Shown here: positions 43,030 through 57,200 of the stretch, piece by piece
Layout of the letters: every line of letters starts with the position of its first letter
Position numbering within the stretch: position 1 is the stretch's first letter
IMG/VR virus record: IMGVR_UViG_3300037466_002980
Span: 170,811-234,810 of that record
Origin: a virus
Taxonomy: Duplodnaviria > Heunggongvirae > Uroviricota > Caudoviricetes
DNA length: 64,000 nucleotides
Strand: one strand, 5' to 3'
Made by a program: the position numbers and the translations under genes
The notes under the pieces: generated by a model
Databases searched by the model: none
Told to the model about the DNA's origin: nothing
The model's input: only the letters and a program-made list of their open reading frames with translations

Positions 43030-43848
43030 ATGCCATGTGCTGCACCTACAACTGTTGTTGGCGGAGTTACATTATCAACTAACAATTTTGAAAATGCTCA
43101 AGCCTTGATTGCTACGGTTGGATCGGACCAATCGGATCCAACCGCTGATGAATATGAAGGTTATATTGCTAATGGCAATAATACCAACGGAACAACCGGA
43201 ATTCAACAATCACCCTTACCAACACAGACTACATTACCACCTACATCGTCGATCCCTCCAAAGCAAACCAATGATACGCCTGCCTCTGGTAAAAATGGAA
43301 CACCGGTTGTTTCGCCCACATGGGATGGATCTAATTATGATATCGCCATGAGTACAAATTTCATTCTAAGAAATTTTACTGTAGGATATGGATCTGGAGA
43401 TCCAAATACCACATCACGAGGATGTTTATTTCCAAATGAACTAAATGATGGCTTCGGATTAACAAAACAACAAAGGTTTGAAAATCTTCAAGCCCTATCG
43501 GTTAACATATTGGAACCTTTGTGGAATAAGTTTGGTCCTTTTAGAATTAATTCTGGCATAAGAAACGAAAATTCTGTTAAACCACCTGGAATCAGTCAGC
43601 ATTGCACTGGACAGGCAGTTGATATTCAATTTCCAGATTGGACATATGATAGTTATTGGCAAAATGCTCCCTGGGTAAAGGATAATCTTCCGTTTGACCA
43701 ATTTATTTTTGAACATAGTTCGAGAACTAAAACAGTCTGGTTTCATCTTAGCTATAATTCATCGGGTGGACGATCAACATCAGATCCCACGAAGGTTATG
43801 ACTATGTATCGTGGATGTTATGATTCTGGATTGAAACGTTATTATTAA
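43030..43848 (+). CDS. peptidase M15-family protein
   Basis: INSG.R, SQH..GQAVD, W.HLSY zinc motifs. Confidence 0.8.
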   Translation: MPCAAPTTVVGGVTLSTNNFENAQALIATVGSDQSDPTADEYEGYIANGNNTNGTTGIQQSPLPTQTTLPPTSSIPPKQTNDTPASGKNGTPVVSPTWDGSNYDIAMSTNFILRNFTVGYGSGDPNTTSRGCLFPNELNDGFGLTKQQRFENLQALSVNILEPLWNKFGPFRINSGIRNENSVKPPGISQHCTGQAVDIQFPDWTYDSYWQNAPWVKDNLPFDQFIFEHSSRTKTVWFHLSYNSSGGRSTSDPTKVMTMYRGCYDSGLKRYY

Positions 43849-43892
43849 GTTGGTATATTATTTTCCTTGATAAATAACAAAAAGGGAATAAT

Positions 43893-44312
43893 ATGGCACT
43901 TAATCAACTTGGATTTGTTCAAAAAAATATAATTACAAAGAAACCATACTTTGTTGGTTTTAACACTGTTGGTCAATCTCGCCCTCCTTATTCACTAACT
44001 AATATCGAACTTGTCAAACGCGATATAAACAATCAGTTTGCTACACCAATGGGTTCCAGGGTAATGCTACCTACATATGGAACAAAAATCTATAGTTATC
44101 TTTTTGATCCTTTTGACGAATATACAAAGAATTCTATTATTCAAGATGCAACAAGAGTTGTTCAATCCGATCCAAGAGTATCTTTAGTTTCAATTGATGT
44201 ATTCCAAGAAGATCAGGCATTAACTGTTGCAATGATATTGAAATTTCAACCGGAATCGGTTACCGATAGTTTATTTGTAACATTTAGCCAACAGAATCAG
44301 GAGTCATTCTAA
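43893..44312 (+). CDS. baseplate wedge protein (gp25-like)
   Basis: T..GSRVM.P.YGT.I..YLFDP..DPRV. Confidence 0.88.
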   Translation: MALNQLGFVQKNIITKKPYFVGFNTVGQSRPPYSLTNIELVKRDINNQFATPMGSRVMLPTYGTKIYSYLFDPFDEYTKNSIIQDATRVVQSDPRVSLVSIDVFQEDQALTVAMILKFQPESVTDSLFVTFSQQNQESF

Positions 44313-47300
44313 TGTCGGAAAGCCTTCGTCAAAGTAACCTATTTGCGGCCGAGGATTATAAGAAAGTATTCAAGGCCTTTTCTTTTATCGATTATACTGC
44401 ATATGATTTTGATAGCCTTAAACAGGCGTTAATGAATTATATTCAAACATATTATCCAGAAGATTTCAACGATTATGTTGAAAGCTCGGAATTTATTGCT
44501 ATTATTGAATTGTTGGCATATTTTGGTACAAGTCTAGCATTCAGAACAGATTTAAATAGTCGCGAAAACTTTATTGATACTGCAGAAAGAAGAGAAAGTA
44601 TCATTCGTCTGGCACAGATGGTAAATTATGTTCCAAGACGAAATGTTGCCGCAAGTGGATTGATGAAAATTTCAGCTGTTCAGACAGATCAAGTTTTAAT
44701 CGATGCTAACGGCACAAACCTCAATGGAACAACAGTTTTCTGGAATGATCCAAATAATCCAGATTGGTTCGATCAGTTTATTCAAATTTGTAATTCTGCA
44801 TTTAGCACTTTGAATCCATTTGGTAAACCAACCAAGAGTGGAACAATTGGTAGTATTCCAACCGATTTATATCAATTAAATAACGTTCTTAGACTAAATG
44901 TTACCTATCCTGTTTCTATTACAATAAACGGACAGACATATCCAATTGATGTCTGTAATCCAGATTTTATCACCAATCAAACTATATTTGAAAGAGATCC
45001 AGATCCATCAAATTCCTTTAATTTTATCTATAGAAACGATAGCTTAGGTGTTGCATCTGAAAATACCGGATTTTTTCTTTATTTTAAACAAGGAAATCTT
45101 GTTAATGTGGATTCTAATTTCGAATTTCCTGTTCCAAATAGATTATTCCCAATTGATATTCAAAATATTAACCAAGACGATGTTTATGTTCAAGAAACTG
45201 ATCAAGATGGTAACGTTTTAAACAAATGGGTTAAGGTTCCTGCATTGTCAGGTGAAAATATTATTTACAATAGCATCCAATTTGGAATTCGTAATATTTT
45301 TGATGTAATTTCCGGTGCTAATGATACAGTTACCATTCGATTTGCAGATGGCAATTTCGGTAATGTCCCGACCGGTTTGTTTAGAACATGGGTAAGAATA
45401 AGTGCCAATCAATCGTTAATTATACGTCCAACTGATGCACAGGGATTAACAATAACAATTCCATATATTGGTGTAGATCAACAACAATATAACCTAAAGA
45501 TTACATTTAATCTTGAACAAACAATTGGAAATGCAGCTGCGTCCGAAACAATTGATCAAATTAAATTAAGAGCTCCGGAAGTTTTCTCTACTCAATCTAG
45601 AATGGTCAACGGTAGTGATTATAATGTTCTACCTTTAATTTATGGTAATCAAATTTCTAAGATTCAAGCAATTAATAGAACATTCAGTGGACAGAGTAGA
45701 TATATCGACTTAAATGATCCCACCGGATTCCACAGAGACTTAATTATTTTCGGCGAAGACGGTGCATTATATCGAGACAACGATAATGTATTAGAAGAAA
45801 TAGTCGAAAATTCTTCTAATTCAGAAACAATCGAACAGATCCTAATTGATGCCATACAAAATATGTTACAAAATCCTAACGTAACATCATTCTTCTATGA
45901 TTCGTATCTTCCGGGATTTGAATCTACCATAAAGGTTAATCCACCCGGAACTGGAAGATCATTACTCAATTTAGTTCCGACAATTGGAGATCCTTCGGAA
46001 CCATTATATTGGAGAACTAGTCCATCTAAATTTAAGAATGATACTGGATATTTTGTTAACTCTACTAGTCCGACCGCACCGGCTGCTCCGTTAATTAACA
46101 CTCTTAGTACCAATAACGTAAATGGTGATCTATACCAACCATGGGCATTTATTAGAAGCGGATCAGTGGTCCAATTTGCATTAAATTCGACAGATACAGC
46201 AACATTAAATTCTGTTTCTGTAGATAATGTTATTCAGTCAGGACAGGTAGTGAATGTGAATATTAATAATCCTTTTGCTAATATAGGTCCAGTTGAATTA
46301 AGTGATCCAGAACAGAATAACTATCAGGCCGTGCATGTCTATCCGACATTTAGAAATATTTTAAATAATACAGAAATTGCCGAAATAGTTACTACTATTC
46401 AGAATGGTATTTCATTCTATATGTATTACGATTTATTATCCGATGAATGGCATACTTCGACTGCCGCAACACCAGGAATTTCAAATCAAGCTGATCAACC
46501 ATTTGTGTATCCTCCTGCAATTGTAAATGCTGGTATTCCAGAAATTTATTCCGATTGGTCAATTCACCCAGATAGTGGAATTTTATATGCGAGTATATCA
46601 ACGATCGGAGGAATTACTACATATGATTTAACCGCACGTGGAAGAACATATGTGTTTGAATCATACAGAGATGTTCGTTTCTATTGGGAACCAAACCAGG
46701 TCATTATTGATAATGTATCTGGACAGGCGTTGAAAGATACAATCGAAATTATGCCTTTTGTGAATACAAATGATACCATTGATAACAACGAACCTGTGAT
46801 TTCTGATCCAACACAGGCTTATTTAGAAACCGAAATTTCCTTCAACATATCTGGAGTATTCACTCAAGATGACGGTTATGTAGATAATTCAAAGGTACAA
46901 GTTTCATTACTTGATTCTAATAACGACGGAATACCAGACGATCCCACAGGATTTTCCAAAATCGTTTCTGATACAGATAGAGTGGTATTTGAATTCTATA
47001 CAAATGAAATTACTGGATATCAATCAACACGACCTTGGATTTCAACTTGGGGTATAAACCTACAAAATGTTTCTACAACACTATATGTTTATTTTCCAGT
47101 ATTGAATCCAACAGTTGGAACAGATACAACTTTATATAATGCACCATTTATAGCAAACGTTCAATTCAATCCTACTACACAGAATGCATATATTTTAAAT
47201 CCTGCATCTTATAGTGCGGTAGGATATGAATTTACAGAATTAGATACAAATGATTTAATTTTTATCTATCAACTATCACAATTAAAATTTGATTCTGTAA

Positions 47301-48238
47301 CACCTGGCACGGTAACAATTGCTAATCAGGTGTCTGCATTCTTTAATAACGATACAACTACCTTTCCATGGTTAATGGGAACAGCTAATGTCGTGAATAA
47401 ATCCGACATTGTTACAACATATTTCTACGATAAGGTTTTTCTTCTTTCTTCTATTAGTCCTCCGGGATTTGGAGTGTATTACACTTTATATTCTACAACA
47501 ACCAGTAATCTTCTAGCTTACCCAAGCGGACAAATTGCTAAAGAAAACTTAGATACAACACATTTCGATAAAAATGGCAAGGTATTCACACAAAATGAAA
47601 CAATTGCATTAGACAGTAGATTACCATTGTATTTTAAATGGAGCCATTATAGTCCAATTGATCAACGCATAGATCCGTCTGCTTCTAATATTGTCGATAT
47701 GATTGTTATTACAGATAGCTATTATAGAGATATGGTAATTTGGAAAAATAGTGGTGGCACAACACTTACAAAGCCAGTGCCGCCAACTACTGAAGAATTA
47801 AGAATTCAATTCCAAGCTCTTGATCAATATAAGATGCTAAGTGATAATATGATTTGGAATTCGGGTAGTTTTAAAATCCTATTTGGACCACAAGCACCAA
47901 CTGAATTACAAGCAACATTTAAGGTTGTTAAGGCACCGTCGACCAGCATCAGTGACAATGAAGTTAAGACAAGAGTAATTCAAGCAATTGATGCTTATTT
48001 CGATATTAGAAATTGGGACTTTGGAGAGAAATTTTTCTACACAGAACTAGCAGCATTCATACACCAACAGCTTTCTAGAATTATCAGTTCTGTAGTTATT
48101 GTTCCTAATAATGCTAGTTCACAATTTGGTGATTTATTTGAAATTATTGCAGGACCGACAGAATTATTCATGTCTACAGCAACAGTAAATAATGTTCAAA
48201 TTATTGCAAACCTAACAAATCAAAATTTAAGAATTTAA
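44312..48238 (+). CDS. baseplate wedge protein (gp6-like)
   Basis: YDFDSLK...ENFIDTAERRES; FADG.FG.VP; ET..QIK.RAP...Q.RMV...DY. Confidence 0.85.
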   Translation: MSESLRQSNLFAAEDYKKVFKAFSFIDYTAYDFDSLKQALMNYIQTYYPEDFNDYVESSEFIAIIELLAYFGTSLAFRTDLNSRENFIDTAERRESIIRLAQMVNYVPRRNVAASGLMKISAVQTDQVLIDANGTNLNGTTVFWNDPNNPDWFDQFIQICNSAFSTLNPFGKPTKSGTIGSIPTDLYQLNNVLRLNVTYPVSITINGQTYPIDVCNPDFITNQTIFERDPDPSNSFNFIYRNDSLGVASENTGFFLYFKQGNLVNVDSNFEFPVPNRLFPIDIQNINQDDVYVQETDQDGNVLNKWVKVPALSGENIIYNSIQFGIRNIFDVISGANDTVTIRFADGNFGNVPTGLFRTWVRISANQSLIIRPTDAQGLTITIPYIGVDQQQYNLKITFNLEQTIGNAAASETIDQIKLRAPEVFSTQSRMVNGSDYNVLPLIYGNQISKIQAINRTFSGQSRYIDLNDPTGFHRDLIIFGEDGALYRDNDNVLEEIVENSSNSETIEQILIDAIQNMLQNPNVTSFFYDSYLPGFESTIKVNPPGTGRSLLNLVPTIGDPSEPLYWRTSPSKFKNDTGYFVNSTSPTAPAAPLINTLSTNNVNGDLYQPWAFIRSGSVVQFALNSTDTATLNSVSVDNVIQSGQVVNVNINNPFANIGPVELSDPEQNNYQAVHVYPTFRNILNNTEIAEIVTTIQNGISFYMYYDLLSDEWHTSTAATPGISNQADQPFVYPPAIVNAGIPEIYSDWSIHPDSGILYASISTIGGITTYDLTARGRTYVFESYRDVRFYWEPNQVIIDNVSGQALKDTIEIMPFVNTNDTIDNNEPVISDPTQAYLETEISFNISGVFTQDDGYVDNSKVQVSLLDSNNDGIPDDPTGFSKIVSDTDRVVFEFYTNEITGYQSTRPWISTWGINLQNVSTTLYVYFPVLNPTVGTDTTLYNAPFIANVQFNPTTQNAYILNPASYSAVGYEFTELDTNDLIFIYQLSQLKFDSVTPGTVTIANQVSAFFNNDTTTFPWLMGTANVVNKSDIVTTYFYDKVFLLSSISPPGFGVYYTLYSTTTSNLLAYPSGQIAKENLDTTHFDKNGKVFTQNETIALDSRLPLYFKWSHYSPIDQRIDPSASNIVDMIVITDSYYRDMVIWKNSGGTTLTKPVPPTTEELRIQFQALDQYKMLSDNMIWNSGSFKILFGPQAPTELQATFKVVKAPSTSISDNEVKTRVIQAIDAYFDIRNWDFGEKFFYTELAAFIHQQLSRIISSVVIVPNNASSQFGDLFEIIAGPTELFMSTATVNNVQIIANLTNQNLRI

Positions 48239-48244
48239 AAGATT

Positions 48245-51200
48245 ATGGCGAATTATATAAATCGTTTACCTGCAGTATTTCAGACCACGACTGAAAAGAA
48301 ATTTTTTGATGCTACTTTTGATCAAGTCTTTTCAAAGAAAGATAGTGATTTATTAGCGGGATATCTCGGAAGAAGAGATCCTGGCGAATATAATCCTATT
48401 TCTGATTTCTACATACCAGAACCAACTAAAAATAGAACTTGGTGGCAATTAGAATCAACTGCATATTCTCTTGATACTTCGGGAAATAAATCAAATATCT
48501 TTTTCTATGAAGATCTATTGAATAAAATTCAATCCCTTGGTGGAAATATTCTAAACCAAGATAGATTATTTGAATCTAAGTTTTATAGTTTCGGTCCTCC
48601 AATCGATTATGATATGTTTATTAACTATCAAAATTATTATTGGATAGATCAATATCTTCCAACAATTGAAATTACTGGGGTAACTGCTTCGTCGATTATT
48701 GGACAACCAATATTTACTACACCGAATACTGCAACACCTCCGGGATTAACATTATCGACAGGAATGGTAATTTCGTTGCTCGATGACCCCGATTATTCTT
48801 CGCCACACCTTGTAGAAAACTTCGGTGGTTGCACTGGAATTCAGTTAGTACCTAAATTTCCAGATTTCATTGCAGGAACTATCTTTGAAAATCTACCATG
48901 GGACGGAGAGATCGAACTCTCTACTGGAAGAATTATCGATAATAGATTCTGGGATGCAACTACCTGGGATACAGAAACACAGCCAGGAACAGGAGATTAT
49001 ATCACCATTGAACGTGGTGCACGAGATAGAAATGCATGGTCAAGAACTAATAAATGGTTCCATATTGATGTAATCAATAAAGTATCAGAATTAACCGGAA
49101 CTTCGTTTCCATCGAATGCAACAAGAGCTCTTCGACCAATTATTCAGTTTATCGCTGATTTAGTTTTATATAAATCTGGAACTCAATTTAGAGATGAAAT
49201 TGATTACGGTTTCAGAGATAACGGAATCGGCAATCCTTTATTGTTTACTGATTTTAATGGAAAATTAGCTGCAACATTAAACAGCACCTATGGTATTAAT
49301 ATTGTCAATGGAACTTCGGTTGTATTTTTCAACGATACAACACAGATTACCGAAGATATACATCCATGGGATACCTTTAATTGGGACACTGTTTCCTGGG
49401 ATTCTGGTAATATTGAAACTATAAATCAATTTATTTTTATTGCTTCAATTGATAATAGCGGATTTGTTACATTTTCTCCAAAGACATCTTATCTAACACC
49501 TATCGTTGAAGGCGATATTGTTTTTATTGATGCAGACGCACCGTATAATGGTGCATTAAGAGGCGAAACATGGTATTACAGTAATGGTACATGGCAAGAA
49601 GCATTCAACGATAAAATTTCTATAAATCAACCACCGTTGTTCCAATTGTATGATCATAATAGTATTCCTTTAGATGATTCTACTGCTTATCCCGGAAGTA
49701 ATTTTGAAGGTAATAAAATATTTTCATATAAGGTAGATACAACTCCTGGCGCTACAGTTGATCCTGTTTTAGGATTTCCTATTATCTATACATCTTTAGG
49801 ACAATCGTCAGATATTATTTTTCAAAATAATTTGATTACTGATAGATATATCTATAACAATTTTAAAAATATAGATGGTTACTATTACTACAAGAAATCT
49901 ACTAAACCGGTTCTTTATAATAGTTGGAACTTATATGATTTATGTGATTGTCCTACAATTATTCCAACACCACCATGTAACTGTATCGAAACAAGTAAAC
50001 AGCGAGTTATTGACAAATATGTTGTGGGTTTTGGATCGCAATATCAATTTAAATTGAGTGCAACACCTGTTGGATATCCTGGAACTTCAACGCATTCTCC
50101 TGATATCATTGTAATTGTTAATGGCATCGAAGTTAAGAGTTCTTCCGAACAAACAGATGGTTATGGATTTGTGGTAGTCAATGATACTGTTTATGTTGAC
50201 CTAAGTATATATCTAACCAATTTATTACTTACACAGCAGAAACAACCACCTGTTGTTGAAATCCAAACATATACACGTGATGAATTAGATCCAGCTGCAA
50301 GCGGTTATTTTCAGATCCCACAACAACTAGAAGCAAATCCGTCTCAATTAGAAGTTGCTGAAATCAGCGGCAGTAATTTGATTCAACACTTTACTTCGAT
50401 AATCTCTAATCAAATTGGATTCACCGGAACTGCTTTTGGTGGAAGCAATAATTATCGAGATTCGAGAAAAAATAGATCCATCGGATCTTACATTCTTCAG
50501 AATGTAGCACCAATTTTAAAATCAATGCTTGTATCTTCAACTGACGATTTAGATTTCATCACAGCTGAGCGTTTTAGTCAGGATGAATATACAAAATTTA
50601 AAAACAAATATATTTCTACCTCGGCACAACTAATTAATCAAAGCTTTAATCCAGTTCAATATCATACTAATTCTATTTCGATAACATATTGGGTAGATGA
50701 AATTATTAAGAGATTGAATATTTCGAAAGAATTTTCGGATGCATTTGCATATTCTTATATGATTGCAACCGGAACCCCCACCTTTACAGAATCTCATACT
50801 GTAGCCGGAAACTCCACTGTTCTACTTGATAATTATATCGATTTATCCGATCCGAAGAATATTCTATATGTCTACGAAGATAATGGTTCTACTACAGAAT
50901 TACTTGTTATCGGTCAAGATTATGATATTATTTCTACAAACTTATCAATTGAAGTTGAATTAAAGAAAGGATCGTCTGTTGGTACATTTGTGTTTTATTT
51001 GTATCAAAATCCATTACCGACATATATTCCATCAACACCGACTAAATTAGGGTTGTATAATGCATACATTCCGAGAAAAGAACTAGATACATCATATGCT
51101 ATTCCTACATATGTTATTATTGGACACGATGGTTCTAAAACTATTGCATATGGCGATTATAGGGACGAGTTATTACTTGATTTAGAAATACGAATTTACA

Positions 51201-54200
51201 ATAATATTCAAGAAACATTTAGAAATGAATATGTTCCTTCGGCTAGTTTAGTAACAGTCAAATCTGGTTATTTCAGAAAAACTCGTTATTCAGTAAATGA
51301 TTATTTAGATATTACAGAATCTTATCTAAATAAATGGTCCGCTAAGAATAGAGTAAATTACAGAATTAATGACTGGCCTACAGCAAGTACGGTCACACCA
51401 GTCAATGAACTTTGGAAACTCTATAACTATAGAAATGCGGTCGATACCTATGGCAATTCCCTAAACCTACCAGGAAACTGGAAGGGAATCTATCAATTCT
51501 ATTATGATACCTATAATCCAAATACACGTCCTTGGGAAATGCTTGGATTCAGTGAACAACCATCATGGTGGATTGTTGAATACGGAGTTCCAACGATAAA
51601 TGGATTAGGGGAATTATCGTGGACATCTACAAGTGCTGGATTACACCAAATGTGGCAGGACCTCGAAGATGGAATTATTCGACAAGGACCACGTGCTGTA
51701 TATGATCCGATAACATTAAACCCAGTCTCTATTCATGAATACGCTAGACCAGGACTTTTATCAATAATTCCAGTTGATGCATCTGGTAATCTTATTCCAG
51801 TTCCTACATTATTCAATGTAGCAATGTCTGGAAATAATTATGCACCATTTGATGGATTTGATGAAGATTGGATTTATGGTGATGGCGGACCTGTTGAACA
51901 GGCATGGATGAGTACATCTGGTTATGCCTTCAGTGTACAAGAATTTATTTTCCTAACAAGACCGGGTCCTTTTGGAGAATATAGTTGGGATACACTCGGA
52001 ACAAGTGTATCTCCTGGTACGTTTACTATTCCCGGAATCGAAGGACCGGTACAATCATTATTGAATTGGCAATATGTTCAAAATGATTTATATTCCAGTA
52101 CTGATACATTCTTCGCATGGATGAGACCAAAGAATAAAGATCAAAATGTGCATGCCGAGACAATCGACGGTATTATTCAAGTTCGTTTCGGATATCAAGC
52201 ATGGATTAGCGATAGACTATTATTCCTTGGAAAAGATATAACTGATAATTTTGGTCAGAAAGTTAGAACATTAGATGTTAACCTGGCAAACAAATTAGCT
52301 GGATTTACAAATAAAGACACCACAACCAATTATATCGAATCTGTAACTCCGGGTGCAACCACAAATACCTTAGCAATTCCATCAATTGATTTCCAGGTTA
52401 TTTTACACAAAGGACCACCAGTAAAAACCTATGCATATAGCGGGGTAATTATTCGTGCATTATCTGATGGAGCATTTGCAGTATATGGTTATGATCTTTT
52501 GAATTCTGAATTTATAATTCAGGATCGAAGTAATAATCAATTAATTGATGTTACTGTTGGTGCAACACCAGCTGAATTTAGATATTTCAATGTTGGTGAT
52601 ACCTATAATGTCGGTGATATTGTTAGATACAATGGTGTTTATTATCAAAGTTTAATAACCCAAACAGTGACTTCTTTTGTATCAACAAACTGGAAAAAAT
52701 TACCTGGATTACCAAATATCGGTGGTATATCAGTAAGCTATAAGCCAATTTCAGCTTCGACTACAACTAAGATTCCTTACGGCTATGTAATGTCTACGGT
52801 ACAAGAAGTTTTTGATTTCTTGATCGGTTGGGGTGCATGGCTCGAATCTCAAGGCTGGCAGTTTGAAAATGTAAATCAAGACACCGCACAGGTTGAAGAT
52901 TGGTTGTTTTCTGCAAAACAATTCTTATTCTGGTTAAATTCAAGTTGGGCACCCGATGCATCTATTCAGTTAAGTCCGATTGCCAATTCTGCTACATTAA
53001 TTGTAGATACCGGATATCCAGATGATGTAGAAACCTTAAATAATGGTGTATATAGTATTCTAGACAAATATGGAGTAGCAATAGCTCCTAATAATACAAC
53101 AATAGATCGAGATGGAAAGAGTATCACTGTTTCTCCAAATGATGTATCTGTTGGTGGAATCTATTTCTTACAGGTAACCGCCTCCGAAACAGAACATATA
53201 TTAATTTTCAACAATACCACAAGTTTCAATGATATTGTTTATTCTCCATTGTTAAGAGCAAGACAACAGCGTCTACGTTTCAACGGTTTTAGGAGCAATG
53301 GTTGGTACGGAAAAATGGAAGCACCTGGTTATCTAGTTATTGATAATCAACTAGTTCCTAACTATGATACTATTGTCGATAATATGAGATATTATTACGA
53401 TCCTAATCTGGTTATTGATAATCCAAGTTTAGAAGAACTCGGAAGACACCTTATTGGTTATGAAAATAAGAGTTATCTTGATAATCTCCAGGTCTCTGAT
53501 AATATTCAATATCTTTTCTATCAGGGTTCTATTAGACAGAAAGGTACCAAACAGGCTCTAGAAAAGTTATTTAGATCAACTAAAATTCAAATTAATGAAA
53601 TTATAGAAATCTATGAAGAATGGGCATTAAAACTTGGAAACTTTGGAAATACAATTGAACAAGTATCTACGGAATTTAAACTTACACCTGAGCAGAATTC
53701 GGGCGAAGTAATTGTTTCGAGATTAAATTTTGTTCCGTCGTCGATTGGTTTTGTAAAAGAAATCCGTATTCTAAATGCTCAAAACATATACACGTCTTTA
53801 CCAGTAATATCAATTGCGGCGCCAGATGCAACACCAGATGTTCCTTGGACTGTTTTCTCTCCGAGTGCCACTTATGCAATTGGTGATGTTGTGAAACATA
53901 ATGACACACAAGGAAATGCGGTATATTATTCAAGCAATGTTGCACAAGGACCAAGTTCCTTTAATTCAAGTAATTGGACGATTATCTTACAAACAAGGCA
54001 GGCAACTGCTTATGCTGTATTAGATACAACGGGTGTGATTACTCGCGTTGATATAGTAGATCCAGGTTATGGTTATCTATCAGCACCGGCTGTTAAGATA
54101 TTGGTAAGCAACGTTGAAGTGGTGCACGATAAACTTTATAGTGTATGGCAAGGAGATATTGTTAAAGACACTACACTTGATAATATTATCGATATCGATA

Positions 54201-57200
54201 TTGATGAGACTGATGTTTGGACAGTAAGACCTCCACAACCATCATACTCTCTGGTATTTCCAACAACATCTAAAATCGAATATTATACACCATCAGCCGG
54301 TTATGTTCATTTCAATGACGTCGATCATTATTCTTTTGATATTGCTCAGACTGCTGTTAATTGGGGTATTTCTAATTTCAACCCGATTGAAGGTGATTCT
54401 ATTTGGGTTGCAAAAAACTTTATTAATGACTGGGGTGTATATAAATTAGTAAATATATCTCCAGAAACATTTGATGTATGGAAAGATGGAAATGACGAGT
54501 TATATCTACGAACAACACAACCATACCTTATTACCGCGCAAGGATCAACCATTGGCGATGTAACAGATTTCGGTAATATGATTGTTCTTCAGGTAATTGA
54601 AGCACAAGCGGAACCTGTAATAGCATCTGGTTCAATTCAGTCGATTATTGTCACAAAAACTGGTGCTAACTACATTGTTCCTCCAAATGTTGTCATTACA
54701 GGAGATGGTACTGGAGCGCAAGCTGTAGCTGTAATCAATGGAGGTATTGTTACTGAAATTAATATTACAATTCCAGGAACTGGTTATACAACTGCAACCA
54801 TTACAATCGATCCACCTGCAGAAATTAGTGGACAAGATAATTTCGCAGTAGCATTTGAATTTGATAGAACTCAGACACTTGCCCAAAATGATGGTTTGAA
54901 TTATTACAGTCTACTAACATTGGATGGAAATCCAATAACATCCGATAATATTCCAGATTATACAAATTTTACCAAATTAATGTTATTTAAGACATTAAGA
55001 TTCTTCACCACACCGGTAGTTCCTTCTTATCTTGCAAATACAGATAAAATTTGGGTAGATCAGGTTGGCACATATCCAAATGTGCTCTGGAGTGTTTATA
55101 CATATAATTCTCCTAATTTGGTACTCTTCAGACAACAAGAAAAGTTAATCGATACCTCCTTGTTTGAGAATGCATCTATCTACGACGATAATGGAAATGA
55201 ATTAATTCAATTACCAATTTATGATCCATATAAGGGTATCCTTCCGGGTCCTGCTAAACAGAACCTAACTTATATAATAGAAACCGATCCTGCTACCTAT
55301 AATGTTACTCCAGATCCAAGACTTCAATCTACATCGATTACATTTGGACCAAGACAGGTAGGACAATTGTGGTGGGATATATCTACATCAAAATTTGTCT
55401 ATTATGAACAACCAAAAGCATTAGATAATTCAGAAACAGACACAGATAATCTCGTATATAGAAGAGATCATTGGGCAATGATTGCCCCTGGCTCATCTGT
55501 AGATGTCTATGAATGGACTGAAAGTTTAAATCCACCTGCTGATTACACAGGCACTGGAACACCACGCGATACAACAAGTTTTGTTCAGATTGTGACAGCG
55601 AATGTTTTAACCGGAATAACTGAAATTAAGTATTATTTCTGGGTTCTAAATAAAACGGATAAACCAAATCTACCAAATAGAACTCTTACAGCACTTGATG
55701 TTTCGTTGTTGCTTCAAACTCCGAAGAGCCAGGGATTTTCATTCTTCTGCCCAGTTCAACAGACAAGCACGAATAATTCCTATATGTTCTATAATGTACA
55801 AGAACTCCTTACATATAAAGGAAATAATATACAAATTCAATATCGTGTTGCACAAAGAAACGATCAAGAACATACACAATGGTCATTCTTCCGTGAAGGC
55901 GATAGTACATCACTAGTGACAGATCAATATTGGAATAAGATGGTTGATAGTCTTTGTGGATATACAAAAGACCTAACAATTTCTTCCGAATTCGGTAATG
56001 GAATTATTATTGATAAGAATTTTCCGTGGAATACAACAATTAGCAATGATCCAACACAATATACAGAAATTCTTCCAGTTCCAGATCCTATGTTAAGCGA
56101 TGGCGAAAAATACGGTATTAGTTTCAGACCAAGACAAGGAATGTTTATTGATGTATATGCAGCCAGAAAGAATTTTGTCTATTCGGCAAATTCCTTATTG
56201 CAATATATTCCAATTAGAGATACAAACATAAACTGGAATACAGGTATAAGTACCGACATTTATTGGAAATATGTGAATTGGTACAAAGCTGGATATGAAA
56301 ATGCAACACCATCAATAATTTATCAGCAACTCTCAGAAGCAATTTCGGCGCTTAATGCTGGATTATTACAAGTTGGACAAATTGTTGAAGTTATAAACGG
56401 CACACCCGATGGAAGATATATTTTATATGTAGTAACACAACCTGATCCAAATGTCTCAATATTGAGTTTAGATCAAGTTGGAATTGAAAATAGTGCTATT
56501 CAATTGCTAGATACTGTTTATTCTTCTATAAACAAATATTCTCTATCAGTTGAATTACGCCAGCTTTTAGATGCATTCCGTACAACGGTTATGATTGATG
56601 ATTATATTGTTGATCAGAATGAATTGTTCTTCTCTATGATGAATTATGTTTTAAGTGAACAGAAAAATGTTGACTGGATGTTTAAATCATCCTACATCTT
56701 TATCAAAGAAAATAATCTTCCACTAACAAAAGATACATTGTTTATTCCGGATCAGATAAGCAATATTGTCGATTTTATTACAGATTCGAAACCATATCAC
56801 ACAAATGTTAGAGATTATACGAGTACCTATACAAACACCGATATGGTGTCGGGAACATCTTCCGATAATGTTAAGATTACCTCTACGGTAGCATTTGGTC
56901 CAGATTTTGCAGATGCATCAGTTACTACGCAACAGGTATTGTTAGATGCCGGACAAATTACCGATGCTGTAACGCAATATGTATCTGGAAATCCAACACC
57001 TGCAGATTTTAATCCAGGTACAGGAAATCCATGGCCAAATGTCTATACCATAGAATTAACTAATTACGATCCAAGCAAGAAAGGATATTCAGAACTATAT
57101 CCATACACATTTAGCTTTGATTCATTGAATATAAATAATCCTCAAACCTTTATTACTCCAAATAATATTGTAGCAGTTCAAATTGGAACAACTATATTAA

